A DNA stretch of 64,000 nt from Protoeuglena noctilucae (taxonomy: Eukaryota). Position 1 is the first letter of the stretch. Every line of letters begins with the position of its first letter. Shown here in pieces: positions 49,816-62,264 of the stretch. A model generated the notes under the pieces. That model had not been told where the DNA came from, did not search any database, and worked only from the letters and a program-made list of their open reading frames with translations. The stretch lies in contig OY253668.1 in the NCBI GenBank assembly GCA_958009085.1, positions 1,922,001 to 1,986,000 of the forward strand, read 5' to 3'. A program made the translations under genes and the position numbers.

Positions 49816-51174
49816 ATGCAAGCGCGCGAATGCCACGACAACCCAGCCAGATCCGATCTATGCGAGTCTCTGCTCCGTTGGGCCCTTGCGGGCTTGAGGC
49901 CTGAGCATCGGGGGTCGGGGGTCTCTCGAGGTGGCGCCCGCTGCGAGTGCGCGTTGCCTCCTGTAGATGCGTACGAATTGATGACTTCGTTCGATCCGTC
50001 TGTCGCTGAGGAGCCGGAGGACGGCAGCGTCGAGGGGCAAGGCGGCTCACGCAATCGGCTCAACGCGGCGTTTTTTGCCCGCTTCGTAAAGGGCGTCCAG
50101 CGGACGAACGACAGGGTCGTCACGGACCTCCACGTGGACAACGCGCACTGCGCTTTGGCGCGAACGGCCACGGCGGGGCTGCGGCGTCGCGTGAGCCACG
50201 CCCTGACTGCAGCGGGCACGGCCCCGATGGCGGAGGATGTTGCCAGCCGGGCCGTCCTGGGGGTCGCGGAGGCCCAGCGGAAGGTCCGCTGCACCGCGCT
50301 GCTCAAGGAGGTGGCGAGGATGTACGGCTTTGAGTTGCGCTTGGAGGGGGACGACGATGAGGGGACGCGTCCCGAGGCAAACCGGCTGACGGAGGTGACA
50401 GGGGTGGATGGCTCGCGTTGTGACTAGCTGATAAGTTCTGCCTGGTCTTTGCGGTGACCTGAGACGCGGTTAAGACCAGCAATGCGCACCGCCAGAGCCT
50501 CCACTGTGCGCAGATGGCAGGGACGCTGCAGCGTGCGGGTTCAACGCCAGCGACGACGCCCAGGGCCAGAGGGCGGCCACGGGTGGCGTCGACCGGCAAC
50601 CGCTTGCTGGCGGGGGCGCTGGGGCTGGTGCAGCGCGGCGGGGCTGCGGCGAATCGGCTCAAGCAGGTGGCGACGTCCCCGACGCCAGCCACGCCAGCCG
50701 ACGCAGTTGCAGGGCCAGCCCGCGAGGCGGAGGACGGCGCTGGTCTGTCGGAGGGTCCGGCCAGGAAGCGGAAGCGCATTCAGGTGGGCCCAGCGACAGA
50801 GTTGGACGGGGTGGTGTCGAGGGGTCGTGGGCTGGCCAAGGCGGCAGAGCCAAGCGAGAGCAGGGTGGAGGCTGCTTCCGAAGTCGTCGGGTGCGTGCGT
50901 GGCGCGTGGACGGCGGGGAGGCGCGCAAACGTTGCGCGAAGGGCGCTTGACCCTGTCCTCAAACACGCCTCGCAGGCAAGCGGCTGCCCGAGCGCTGGCG
51001 GGTGTGCTGCTCGACACCACACCGCGCAGCGGGGGAGACGTGGGCAAAGCGTCTGCAGAGGCAGCAGGGACGCAGCAGGCGCAGCGCAGTGAGGCAGCGC
51101 AGCGCGGGAGGGGTCGGCTGGCTGTCGGGGCGGGGCGTGGTCGCGGGCGGGAGCTTCTTGCAGCCGCCATTTGA
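49816..51174 (+). CDS. Hypothetical protein with basic NLS-like motif
   Basis: Three splice-bounded open segments; globular-looking N-terminal part, then low complexity with PARKRKR. No family recognised. Confidence 0.5.
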
Positions 51175-51355
51175 GGGATCACGAAGGGGAGCAGCTAATG
51201 CAAGCTAATTTTTCACGGTGCCATTCTTTTGCGTGAAACAAAAAGGCAGTGCTGTTTCATTTGCTTTGCTCTTTGAATTGAGTCGTTTCTCGGCCGCCAT
51301 TCGGCCAGCGATGGAAGCTTCCTGATGATGTGGCGTTGAGTAACGCCGGGGGAGA

Positions 51356-51547
51356 TGGGTGCACCGGCAAGGCTGAAGTGCAGTGCCAAGCCAATGCTGG
51401 GACCCCGAAGCCGCAAGCGACTCCGTGTGGGGCCCCCCCTCAAAAAACTGGAGTAATGACAATGGGGGACTATGTCCCCCAATCGAGTCATTACACTCGA
51501 TAGAACAGATACTACACTTGATCTTAGCCAAATGGCCGAGAAAGGTT
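51356..51547 (-). ncRNA. U2: U2 spliceosomal snRNA
   Basis: Minus strand reads AACCTTTCTCGGCCATTTGGCTAAGATCAAGTGTAGTATCTGTTCT (branch-point helix GTAGTA). Stem IIa ATCGAGT/ACTCGAT with loop GTAATG complementary to downstream CATTAC; U-rich Sm site; stems III and IV with loop ACTGCAC. Confidence 0.98.
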
Positions 51548-51574
51548 ACCCATGTGGTGGCCTGCTGGCGGCCC

Positions 51575-51579
51575 TTATA
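51575..51579 (-). promoter_or_regulatory. TATA box of U2 gene
   Basis: TATAA about 30 nt upstream of the U2 5' end within very GC-rich sequence, as in plant/algal snRNA promoters. Confidence 0.7.
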
Positions 51580-51897
51580 CCTCGGGGCCCAGGGTCCGAG
51601 CCCACCCCCACCGAGCGGGGGCCGGCGTCGGAGCTCCTGCGCCGTCGACGGAGACTGTGCCTTCGATCGTTCTGAAATGCAATAATCGTCACCCCGCGCG
51701 CATCTCCGGACGGAGCCACGCGCTCTCGCCGAGCGCGCGGGCAAGGGTAAAACAACAAGATTGCCAAAGACTCTCTTCGCCCTCCAAACAGCCTGCCATC
51801 GGTGCATCGTGAGAGGACTCGCATCGGCGCTGTCGTGGACAACGCTGATTCGCGCCGATCGGCGCCGATCTGCACGCAGCGTGCTCTGCAACCTGCG

Positions 51898-54245
51898 ATG
51901 GCGGCCATGGCCGTGGGTTTGCTCGACTTGCCCGCAGAACTCGTGCAAATCATCGGCGTGAAGCTCCTGGAGCAGGCCCGTGAGGCCCGGGACCCGCAGC
52001 TAAGGTGGGCCGTTCGTCCCACCGCTTCAATGCGAGCGTTCGCTCCGCGACAAAGGCACGGAAGCACAGTGCCCCCGAACCGACCCTGGCCGGCGCAGGG
52101 AGGAGTGTCGGAGGGGTTTCAAGAGTTTCCGCGCGACATGCACGTTTGTGCGCTCCAGCGTCGACGCGGGCGTCTCGAGCGTGGCGGTGCTGTCGTGGCC
52201 CGACTTCCGCGTGGCGATGGGGGGCCTCCACCCCTCCCTGCCGTGGAGCGAGGAGGAGCTGGGCGCCGCGACCGTCCGTGCTGAGGCGGACCGTACAATC
52301 CAAGCCCTCGCTCGCCTGCCGGCCCTCCGGTGCCTGGGCATCGTCGGCGTGCACGACTACAACGCCACGCTGAGCCGTCACTCGGCCCCCTTCCGGAGCC
52401 TCTTTGACGAAGGCCGGTCGCCTGCACGCCTGGACGCGTGGGTTGCCGGGCAGCAGGCTCTCTTCGGCCTCTCCAGGTGACAGCCGGACCGACCAACCAC
52501 CTGGGCCCAGCGCCAGCCCTCATTACACGCCCTGCCTGGGACGCCTCCGCAGACTCCAAGACCTCACTCGGCTCGAGTTGCTCAACTTCGCGTCGGACGC
52601 TGTCTTCCATGTGGCAGCGTCGCTGCGCTCCCTGCGCGACCTGCACCTGATGGGCGTCGGGGGCCTGACCGACATGCATCTCCTGACCCTCGCGGCGCTG
52701 ACCGGTCTGACCCGCCTGGCCCTGAAGGCCCCTGAACTGTCCGGCCCCGCCTTCACGGTCCGCACCGAGGTCGAGAGTCCCGAGGACGCGGCACGGCGGC
52801 ACTTCACCGCAGCCGTCACGCCCCTCGGCACGCGAGCACTGGCCGCCATGCCCCACCTAGAGGAGCTCATCATCGCCAAGCCAGCGTGCGCCTTCTGGGC
52901 CATCTCCTTCGCTCCCATGCCCGGTGAGGCATATGCGTGCCTGCCCTGCCAGACCCTGCCATGGGAGGCACCACGGGACACATCCAGGACCACACCTCTG
53001 TCCCATGCCCACAGCTCTCCGGACCCTCGAGCTCGACACCGTCACGCTTCGTGTCGGCTGCGACGCCGTCGATTTCACGCCCCTCGCTGGCCTCGAAAGC
53101 CTCACCCTGCGTCGGATAGGGCTCTCTCGGGGGGTCGCCACCGCCCTCGTGCAGCTCACCCAGCTAAGGTCCCTGCGCCTCCCGGGCTGCTACGCGCTGG
53201 AAGCGGATACCTCCCCCGACGGTACCGCCCTCACCCTCGAGCCTCTCGCGGGCGTCTCGCGCCTGCAGCAGGTGGGACATGCCGCGCACAGCGCTCACAG
53301 GTCGGGATACTCATGCAATTGTGCTTGCCTCGCTTTGGTCCTGACACCCTCCTTCGCGCCGTTGGTCCCCTAGAGCGATCGACCCTCGGCTCCGACCTCA
53401 ACCCCTACCCCGCCATCCGCAGCTGACGGAGCTCGACGTGTCGTGGTTCACGGAGGCGACCCCCGTGACGCGCGGCCTCGCGGCGCTCACGGGGCTGCGG
53501 GACCTTGCGCTCCCTCACGCGGCCTTCCGTGTGGCCCCCTTCGCCGCCCTTGACGCTCGGGACCTGCAGGCGGCACTGGCGCCCGTGACGCGTCTCGTCG
53601 TGGAGGAGTTCGACGGGGTGCCGTAAGGGCTGCTCCAGACCTTGGCGGGGTGCTCTCAGCTGAGCAGCCTGACCGTGACGGGCCACAGCCACTTCGCCGG
53701 GGGTACTGGGGATGAGGCGCCACGGGGGGTGCACCTCGAGGCCCACAACGTCTTGCAGCTGCTGCGGGGGATCCCCGGTCTGCTGAGCCTGGACGTGTTC
53801 GTCGACGGCGGCTTCCCGCTGAAGGCCATCGACGTTCTCACGGAGCTCTGCAGCTCGGAGCGGCAGAGCTGGCCGGAAGTCACGCTGCGGTTCCGACACG
53901 CAGATGGACCCAAGCCGGCGATGCAGGATCTCGACAATCTGGTGAGCGGTGGGCAGGGGGGCCGACGCGAGCTGCGTGGTGTGCCTTAGTGCTGGCATGG
54001 AGCTCCCATCATGGCGCCGTGCGTCGCAGTCGCCCGATTTGGCACAGATGGCGCAAGAGACGGACCCATTGGACGCAGCGCGGACCGTGGTGTGCTTCCA
54101 GGCACTCGTAGACGGGCTTTTCGTGGACGCCTCGCTGCCGCCGGGGACGTGCCGACTCGTGGCCGTCCAGGGCAACACGAGGGTCAACGTTGCGGGGCTG
54201 GAGTCCCCCATCCTACTCAACCCTGATGGCGGGGAGGTGGTCTGA
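51898..54245 (+). CDS. F-box-like/leucine-rich-repeat protein with one in-frame TAA (possible pseudogene or error)
   Basis: LLDLPAELVQII...FRATCTFVR; LRRs (LRSLRDLHL, LTGLTRLAL, LTQLRSLRLPGC, LTGLRDLAL). Six exons join in frame; TAA at 53624-53626. Confidence 0.8.
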
Positions 54246-54585
54246 CGCCCCACACCGCTGGAAGCCACGTTGGCTTGGCGCTGTGCCACGGGCGACTTGC
54301 TGACGTGTTTCTGACTATTCAGGACCCTACCCGTTTCTGCCGCGCCCTTGAATGCTGGGTTTGACGGCAACGATAGCTGGAAAGATCCGCCACATGCGAT
54401 CAGGCTTTGTTTACGTTGCAAATACCTCCCAATTCACAGGTCACAGCAGACCCTCCCTCAGCCAAAGCCAGGGGCCTGGCCGCAGTCTTCCCTTGGACGC
54501 TTGCACATTTGTTGACCTCTTAGCCTGGCCGCTGGGCATCGCGCGTCGCAATCGGGGCTCCTCCTATCGGCTGCCGGTGGGCCAC

Positions 54586-57340
54586 ATGGCCCGCTCCGCG
54601 CTCGTGACGGCCCAGGGCCTCCTGGCGCGCGCCTGCGAGTCGCTCACGGCTGAGGCAGGACCCCTCTCGAAGCTCTCCGCGCTTTCCACGCCCATCACGG
54701 GAGGACGCGCCTGGCCACGGTGCGTCATGACGAGACACCCTCCGTTCTTCGCGCCGGGGTCGCGGTATCCGCGGAGCTTTTCGACATCCTCTTCTTTGGA
54801 GCCACTGTACTTTTGTGGTGAGTACCCAGGCGTGGGGGTCGCGCCTCACCGCGGCCACAGCTGTCCATTCAGCGAGGAGCCCTGAGGAAGTCCGCGATCA
54901 CCCCCGGCGCTCCCCGGAGCCTGGCTGACCTCATTACTTACAGCCAAAACGATGCGTAGTGGCGCTGAGATGCCTGCGGTCTCATCACGGCTTGGGGCTT
55001 GCTTACGCGCAGTAGTCGGGAGTGGCCCAGCTGGGATGTACGCTGCGGACAAGCTTCTGCGCCGTTACGGTGACTTTGCCCGCGTGGATATCATCGAGCG
55101 CCTCCCCACTCCCTTTGGCCTCGTGCGGACGGGCGTGGCGCCGGACCATCAGGAGTCCAAGGCAGTGCTGGGCCAGTTCAGCAAGATTTTCGCGGATCCC
55201 AGGTGATGATCCCGTGCCGCAGGTAGCTTATGAGATGCAGATTCAGGATATCGCCATCCGCGCGGCTGCGGGGGCCCCTGGGGACCTTGGCAGCTTCGCA
55301 CTGTGGCCTCGCAGGTGCAGCTACTTCGGCAACGTCCGCGTGGGCGTGGACGTCAGCGTGTCGGAGCTGCGGGAGCTCTACAACGTCATCCTTTTGGCCT
55401 ACGGCGCGGAGGCCGACCGGGACCTCGGCATCCCCGGAGAGTCGCTCTCGGGCGTCATCCCAGCCCGCGAGTTCGTCTGGTGAAGCCCGGCGCGCTGCCC
55501 CGGACGCCCTCCGCCCCGCTCTCGGTCCGCACCGGCGCCTGACCTGTCGCTTTTTCGTCTCCTCTGCTCGCAGGTGGTACAACGGCCACCCCGAGTTCAG
55601 CCGCCCGCCCGTGGATCTCTCGGCTGTGCGCTCGGTCGCCGTCCTGGGCGTCGGCAACGTGTCGCTGGACATCGCGCGATTGCTGCTGAGCAACCCTGCC
55701 GAGCTCGCCTTCACGGACATGCCCTCGCCCGGTGACACGCACACGCGCCCCTGTGCCACTGTGCGGGCACTGCACCCACACCCTGCATATGGGGTGCTCC
55801 TGACACCGACGGTGGCGTGCTGAGACCGAAATTCTCTTCTCTCGCTGCAGTGCTGGAGCACTTCAAGAAGAACAGCGTGGAGGTGGTCCACCTGATCGGC
55901 AGGCGGGGCCCCGTGCAGGCGGCATACACGCCCAAGGAGCTGCGGGAGGTCCTTTCTCGTGAGAATCTTTGAACTGGGTTCTTTGTGAGCCATTGGGATG
56001 CTTTCTCAAACAGGTTCGAGAGAGGCGGTCCCTGTTTGTGTTCACGCAGTGCCCGAGGCAGTCCCGGAGGCAGATGCGGGCAGCCTGGCGCTGACGGAGG
56101 CGGACCGGGAGGAGATGAAGACGCACCGCATCCGGCGACGCAACTACGAGGTGCTGAGCAAGGCCGTCTTTGATGCGCAGCAGCGGGCGGCGTCGGGCCC
56201 AGTGCGCCGCACGAGCGGGGCGGCCCCCAAACGCCTCGTCTTCCGATTCCTGCGGTGAGAGGCCGCGGTGGACGTTTGCGATGCGCAGCTCGGCGACGAG
56301 CTACTGCGAAGGCGCAGCGGGCTGCAGAGGGCTTCAGCAGCCCTGACTGCCCTACCAGGGCACCTGTGTGTGCTACCCGTCAGGACGGGCATTGGTTCTC
56401 GTCGCAGATCGCCGGTGGAGATTCGGCAAGGGGCGGCGGGCGGCAAGGAGCTCGTTCTGGAGAAGACGCGACTGGAGCCGGGGCAGAAGGCGAGGGCAGG
56501 GTGCACGCCTTGACACCTGTGCTTGATTTGTAGTGCCCGACTCACACTGCGCTGGTGGCAACATTCTTACCAATATAAACGAAGCAAATCGCTGGGTTGG
56601 TGCTCCCGCAGGGACAGGAGCAGCGGGCGGTGGGGACCGGGGAGACGGAGACGCTCGGTGTGGATTTGGTGCTGAAGAGCATTGGGTACAAGAGCGTGCC
56701 TGTGGAGGGTATCCCGTGGGACGACCGCCGCTCGGTGGCGCGCAACGTCGCGGGGAGGGTCGTGGAGGCCGACGGCTCGCCTGTCGCGGGCATGTACGTG
56801 TGCGGGTGGCTTCGGTGAGGGGGCGCGCACGCGGCAGGGCCCCCGTAGCCGGTGCATGTCGGAATCTCGGCAGACAGGGTTGATTTACTTTTCTCCAACG
56901 CAGGCGTGGCCCGACGGGTATCATTGGGACCAATTTGATCGACGCTGAGGAGACGGTGGACGTCATCACGGACGATGTCAACAACAAGCGACTCCCTGCC
57001 GTCCAGGCCATCCAGCCGGGGGGCGCGGTGCGAGATGCGCGACGCATTGTTGCGTTCCTTTACTGTTCCGCGCACATGGTTGACTGCTGGGGCATGCGGG
57101 TCACAGTTAAGGTCAAGGCTTGGACACACAAGCCCAGCATCGATCCCCACCACCCTGCCCTTCTCCCTGCCCTCGCAGGGTTTGTTAGAGAAGCTCAAGG
57201 AGCGCCGCGTGCAGCACGTTTCCAAGGAGGACTGGCAGGTGATCGACTCGGTGGAGGTGCAGCACGGCCGGAGCAACGGAAAGGTCCGAGAGAAGTTTAC
57301 CAGCACCAAGCAGATGCTGGACCTGGTGTGCTGTGCGTGA
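54586..57340 (+). CDS. FDXR: Mitochondrial NADPH:adrenodoxin (ferredoxin) oxidoreductase
   Basis: VVGSGPAGMY, ERLPTPFGLVRTGVAPDH, AREFVWWYNGHP, GVGNVSLDIAR, GRRGPVQAAYT, SIGYKS, GWLRRGPTGIIGTN, REKF. Confidence 0.96.
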
Positions 57341-57478
57341 AGGTGCAAGGGGAGCAGCGCCGGGGGCGAGCAGTCCTTGAGTGACGGTCAGGCCAGCTGC
57401 ACAGTTGCCACATGTGGGCTCGGTTGAAAGCGCGACGGATCAACGGGGCTGCCACGCGACAGCCGGCGAGGCGGACAG

Positions 57479-58824
57479 TCACGACCCAGAGTGCGCCGTG
57501 CGGGCGGGCGCGGCCTTGGCCGCCGGCTGCCGCTTGCTGGGGTCCGGGAGGGCGGCGCACCGGCTCTCAAAGGCGGTGATCATGCGCCTCACGACCTCGT
57601 CTCGGAACAGCTGGGATATGTGCGAGTAGAGCTCGCTGCGGAAAGCGAAGTCCACGTGCACCGACAGCTGCGGCACAATGGGAACAGGGTCGGGTCTCAC
57701 ATCAAAGGGGAGGTGCACTTGCGAGGGACGTATCGTACATGAGCAGCGAACTGGCGGTGCTGTTCGGAAAATTGCGGGCGATGCGGCGCGCTCGGCCTCA
57801 CCCAGGTGGTCCCAGGGGTGGGTCCAGGTGCGATGCGCCAGGTGCTCTTGAGGTGCCGGAACAGGGCAGAGTCTCGCACCGTGCTCGCCACCGCCCCCGG
57901 CCTCTGCGCGGACGGCATCTCCAGCGACACCAGCGACACGTACCTCTCCTGCGACACACACGCGGATGCACACACATAGCATGCACGCACACATTGGGCC
58001 CCGCGCTCCACGCTGGCCAGTCGAAGTCGCGCGGGTGGGTGAGGGGCCCAAAGACTGAGTTGGCCGCCCTTGTTGCCACTCGCCTTGAACACCTGGAACC
58101 CCACGTCCAGCTCCGCCTCCATGTAGCTGTCCCCCACACGCTTGAGGATCACGCTCCGGCGGCACCACGGCACGAAGAGGTGGTAGTCCTCGACGCAGGC
58201 GACCACGGAGAAAACGTGCCCTGCGAGAAGGCCATTGGATATTACGGGCTGCCTGCTGCTTAACCACGGTGCGGGGCAAGGGGGACTCTTGTGAAGTGAC
58301 GCCCAATACCCACCTGGGGAGTACGGCACCAGGCGACGCTCGGAGAAGGTCACAGACTTGGACGGTCCCAGCGCCGAGCCAAAAATGGACCTGCTCTGCG
58401 CGCGCGCATCGCTCCATGCGCTCCGCCCGGTCGCCGCGGCGTGGCGTCCAAGGAGAGACGGAGGAGAGCATGACCTCATGTCCCATCGGCTAGTCCCACC
58501 ACTCAGCGGCGATGTCCCTACTCGCACAGCCGACGCGTTGCATTTCCCGACGCAGGAATGCAGCTCCCTGACACCGCTTCCGCTCGCGCGATTGCAGGGA
58601 GGGCCAGCGCGGACCCCGCATGAACCCCGCCCAGCGAACGCGCCACCCCAGACATCCTCGACGACCCGCGCTCCTAATACGTGAGAAGAACAAGCGGAGG
58701 ACGACGTAATGGCGGCGCTATCCGCCCTGAGCGCGGAGCTATTGCCAGACGATGTTTGGGCACCGCGAGCAAGCCATAGGGACGGATCTGGCCATCGTAT
58801 CCTTCTGCTCAAGCATGTTGACAT
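57479..58824 (-). CDS. COQ10: Coenzyme Q-binding protein COQ10 (START/polyketide-cyclase fold), long presequence
   Basis: FSERRLVPYSP, VFSVVACVEDYHLFVPWC, AELDVGF...ERYVSLV, LFRHLKSTW, VDFAFRSELY, MITAFESRC. Start uncertain. Confidence 0.92.
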
Positions 58825-59316
58825 GCCCCCGAGGAATGCGACGTAGCTGGAAGCAATCGCAAAGCGCCCGCAGGCAGCAGCGGGCCTGGGGACGGATGCG
58901 CAAGATACAAGTCGCGGCAGCGAGGCGATGCGCGGCTCCTCAATCCCACACGGCACTCTGGCTAATGTCGATGAACGCGTCGCGATGCCCCAGCGCGCAA
59001 GAGAGGCCAATGGGGCCTGGGGCCACACGTCAGTCACTGGCACGGGGTCCACCCCAGCTTGCAGAGCACCGGGGTCTCGCCCGTACCCGGCATTCCGCAT
59101 CAGATCCGAAGCGCGGTCACTTGGTGCTTGCGACACGTGCTAGATTATCTCAGCCAGGGCCATCAACGTGCATTCTCTCTTGCTGCGGGGTTTTGCGTTG
59201 CTGGGCGGCTCCGAGGATCTGCCGCGACGAGCTACACAGAGAGATCTTAGCGGAGCTCGCTTGGGGCGTCCCGCCCGGCTGGGGGACCTCGGGCTAGGGG
59301 GAGGGGGTCGGCCATC

Positions 59317-61259
59317 ATGACCGACGACCGGGCCCGGGCCTTACGGGAGTACCGGTCCGTGCTTCTGAAGCACAAGGAGGCGGAGGCCAAGGTCAAGCGG
59401 TTGCGGCAGGAGATCAAGGAGAAGGAGAAGGAGTACGACAAGACGGAAGCGGACCTCACGGCCCTGCAGTCCGTCGGGCAGATCATCGGAGAAGTCCTCA
59501 GACAGCTTGATGACGAAAGATGTGAGCGATTGCCTGGATCTGGCGCGAAGGCTCGCCGGGTGGCCCGGCTGACCGTCGTTCGCTTGCGTGCGCTTGCCGG
59601 GCCTCTGCCGACGCCCCGCTGCCGCCTGAGCGACGCCGCCCCCGCCGTGCAGTAGATCTTGGCTGTCGCGATATGTCAGTGTCGAGGCGGGCCTCATAAC
59701 TCCCTGTGCCTATGCGCAGGGGCTTTGCGAACGCCAACCAGCATGTCTCCGCCCACAGTTCGTGACAGTCCCCTCCCGCTCGCCCGCAGTCATCGTCAAG
59801 GCGAGCAGTGGTCCACGCTATGTCGTCGGATGCCGCTCAAAGATCGAGCGGGAGTCGCTGAAGCCCGGCACGCGCGTCGCGCTCGAAACCATCACGCTGA
59901 CCATCATGCGCAAGCTCCCGAGGGAGGTGGACCCCACGGTGTTCAACATGCTCCAGGTTCGAACGCGTGCGCGGTCCGCGCCGGCAACGAGGCTGCGCGG
60001 GGGACGCACTTTGCTGTTGTCGAGTGATGCGACTGGCCTTGGCCGCAGGAGGATCCCGGCAATGTGGACTACTCGTCCATCGGAGGGCTTTCCGAACAGA
60101 TCCGGGCGATTCGCGAGGCCGTGGAGCTCCCGCTCCTCAACCCAGAGATCTTCCAGCGCGTCGGCATCGCTCCTCCCAAGGTCCGCGGCGCGCACTCGAT
60201 CGCCGGTTGCGCTTTCCGTGGTCATGATCCGCTTCTCAGCCCCACGCGCTCCTCCTCCTCCCAGGGCGTGCTGCTGTATGGTCCCCCGGGGACGGGCAAG
60301 ACGCTCCTGGCCCGTGCCATCGCATCCAACATGGATGCCAACTTCCTCAAGGTGGTGGCCTCCGCCATCGTCGACAAGTTCATCGGAGAGTCGGCGCGGA
60401 TCGTCCGCGAGGTGGGTGGCACGGGAACTGACGCGCGCCCGCTCGACCCTCGCATGCAAGCCGTGTTGTACGGTGGTGCATGCGTGGATGTTTGGCGAGC
60501 CCGGCAGCCTGTGATTTCCGCAGATGTTCGGCTACGCTAAGGAGCACCAGCCCTGCATTATTTTCATGGATGAGATCGACGCGATCGGCGGCCGGCGTTT
60601 CTCAGAGGGCACGTCGGCCGACCGAGAAATCCAGCGCACGCTGATGGAGCTCCTGGCGCAGCTGGATGGCTTCGAGCAGGTCGGCAAGGTCAAGATGATC
60701 ATGGCCACCAATCGCCCAGGTATGAGCTTCCTGGGATGTTGTTCATGCAAAGTACGGAGCAGGATGCGGGTGATGTTACATGGGCATGTGTGAGCTCTGT
60801 CCTCTTCGTAATGCCTGCGTAGACGTGCTGGACCCTGCGCTCCTGCGCCCCGGGCGCCTGGACCGCAAGATCGAGATCCCGCTGCCCAACGAGGCGTCAC
60901 GTATGGAGATCCTTAAGATCCACGCCGCGCCCCTGGCCAAGAAGGGCGACATCGATTTCGAGGCCGTCGTCAAGCTCGCGGAGAACTTCAACGGTGCCGA
61001 TCTGCGGTGCGTGGCGCGGCGGGCGCACCGCTGGGTCACCACATGCGCGGCCCCATGCCAGCAGCTCCAGGGTCGACGTTTGTGCCGCGCTTGCAGGAAC
61101 ATCTGCACGGAGGCGGGGATGTTCGCTATTCGCGACGACCGCGACTACGTGGTCCACGAGGACTTCATGAAGGCGGTCCGCAAGCTGCTGGATGCGAAAA
61201 AGCTCGAGGGCAGCCTGTCGTATGACTCGGCATTCGGGACGGGGGGCAAGAAGGAGTGA
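59317..61259 (+). CDS. RPT4: 26S proteasome AAA-ATPase subunit RPT4 (PSMC6)
   Basis: [100 protein letters not shown]. Confidence 0.98.
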
Positions 61260-61393
61260 GGAGGGACTGGGGGCGGGGCGCTGCCGGTTGAAGCAGGCCG
61301 CTGCAGGGAACATGTTTGGCTAAGCGCGGCAGATGCGCACCACGCCACAGCTGAGGAGCACGCACTCGCTGCTCCTCGCGGCATGGCAGCGGA

Positions 61394-62264
61394 TCATGCG
61401 AGGTCTTTCCAGTCGGGAAAGTCCAAAGGCATGTTCTCGGGCCAGCACTCGGTGGGGAGGTGGTCCCGCACCGTGCGCATGACGGTGGCAAAGACCACGT
61501 CACTGCCGGCAGGGCTCAGGTGCAGGCCGTCGCTCAGGAGAGCCTTGTAGTCCGGCGTCGACAGGAAAGCCCCGCGCACATCCACCATCGTCACGTTGCA
61601 CGCCGCTGCGACCTGCGCGCGTCACGAGCGCCTCTCGCCGTCACCGTCCTCTGGCCACTGACGACCGGACAAGTGACTGTTCGTGTCCCCTCTAGCCCGG
61701 CTCACCTGCCGGCACGCGTCGGCGTATCGAGCCGCGCTCGCGTCGGTGCGCTCCGGTCCAGTGCTCTGCCCGAGGGTGTTGCGCTGCCACTGCATACGGG
61801 CCTCCTCGTCCACTGGTGGCGGCGTGAGCAGGAGGACGAACCGAGCATGCGCCTGGACCTCCCTCACGATCTGCGTCAGGAATCCGGGAACCGTGGGCGT
61901 CCCTAGGCAGGAACCGTGGCTAGCAGATATGCCATGGCTGGGAGCAGGACACGCACAGCCTCTGTGGCGTCACCTGTGTAAGCGTGCTGGTGAACTGCGG
62001 AAGCGGGACATGCTGCGCGCTCCCGGTCTCTGCCAACACCGCGTCGTTGGCACCGAACCACACAGTGGCGAAAAGGGGCGGATCTGCTTGCGAGAGTACG
62101 TGGGAGATGACCGGCTGCGCCCAGCGCGTGTTGTAGCCCGATAGGCCCCGATTCAGCACCAGGGCTTTGCGCACATAGGCATTCGCGATTTGTGCCACCC
62201 AGCCGTTCTCCTGGTAGCCCTGCTGGGTCAGCGAGTCCCCCAGGAGGAGCAAGGTCGCGGGCAT
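61394..62264 (-). CDS. SGNH/GDSL esterase, IAH1-like
   Basis: LLGDSLTQ, NRGLSGYNTRWA, WFGANDA, QHVPL, LLTPPPVDE, LSDGLHLS, DFPDW. Confidence 0.93.

Noticed and set aside
53624..53626. TAA/TAG-to-Gln genetic code as in some ulvophytes
   Set aside because: TAG ends the SP1-like gene right after the RING and also ends the HVA22, PfkB and nuclease models. Conserved exons otherwise lack in-frame TAR, so one TAA is insufficient evidence.
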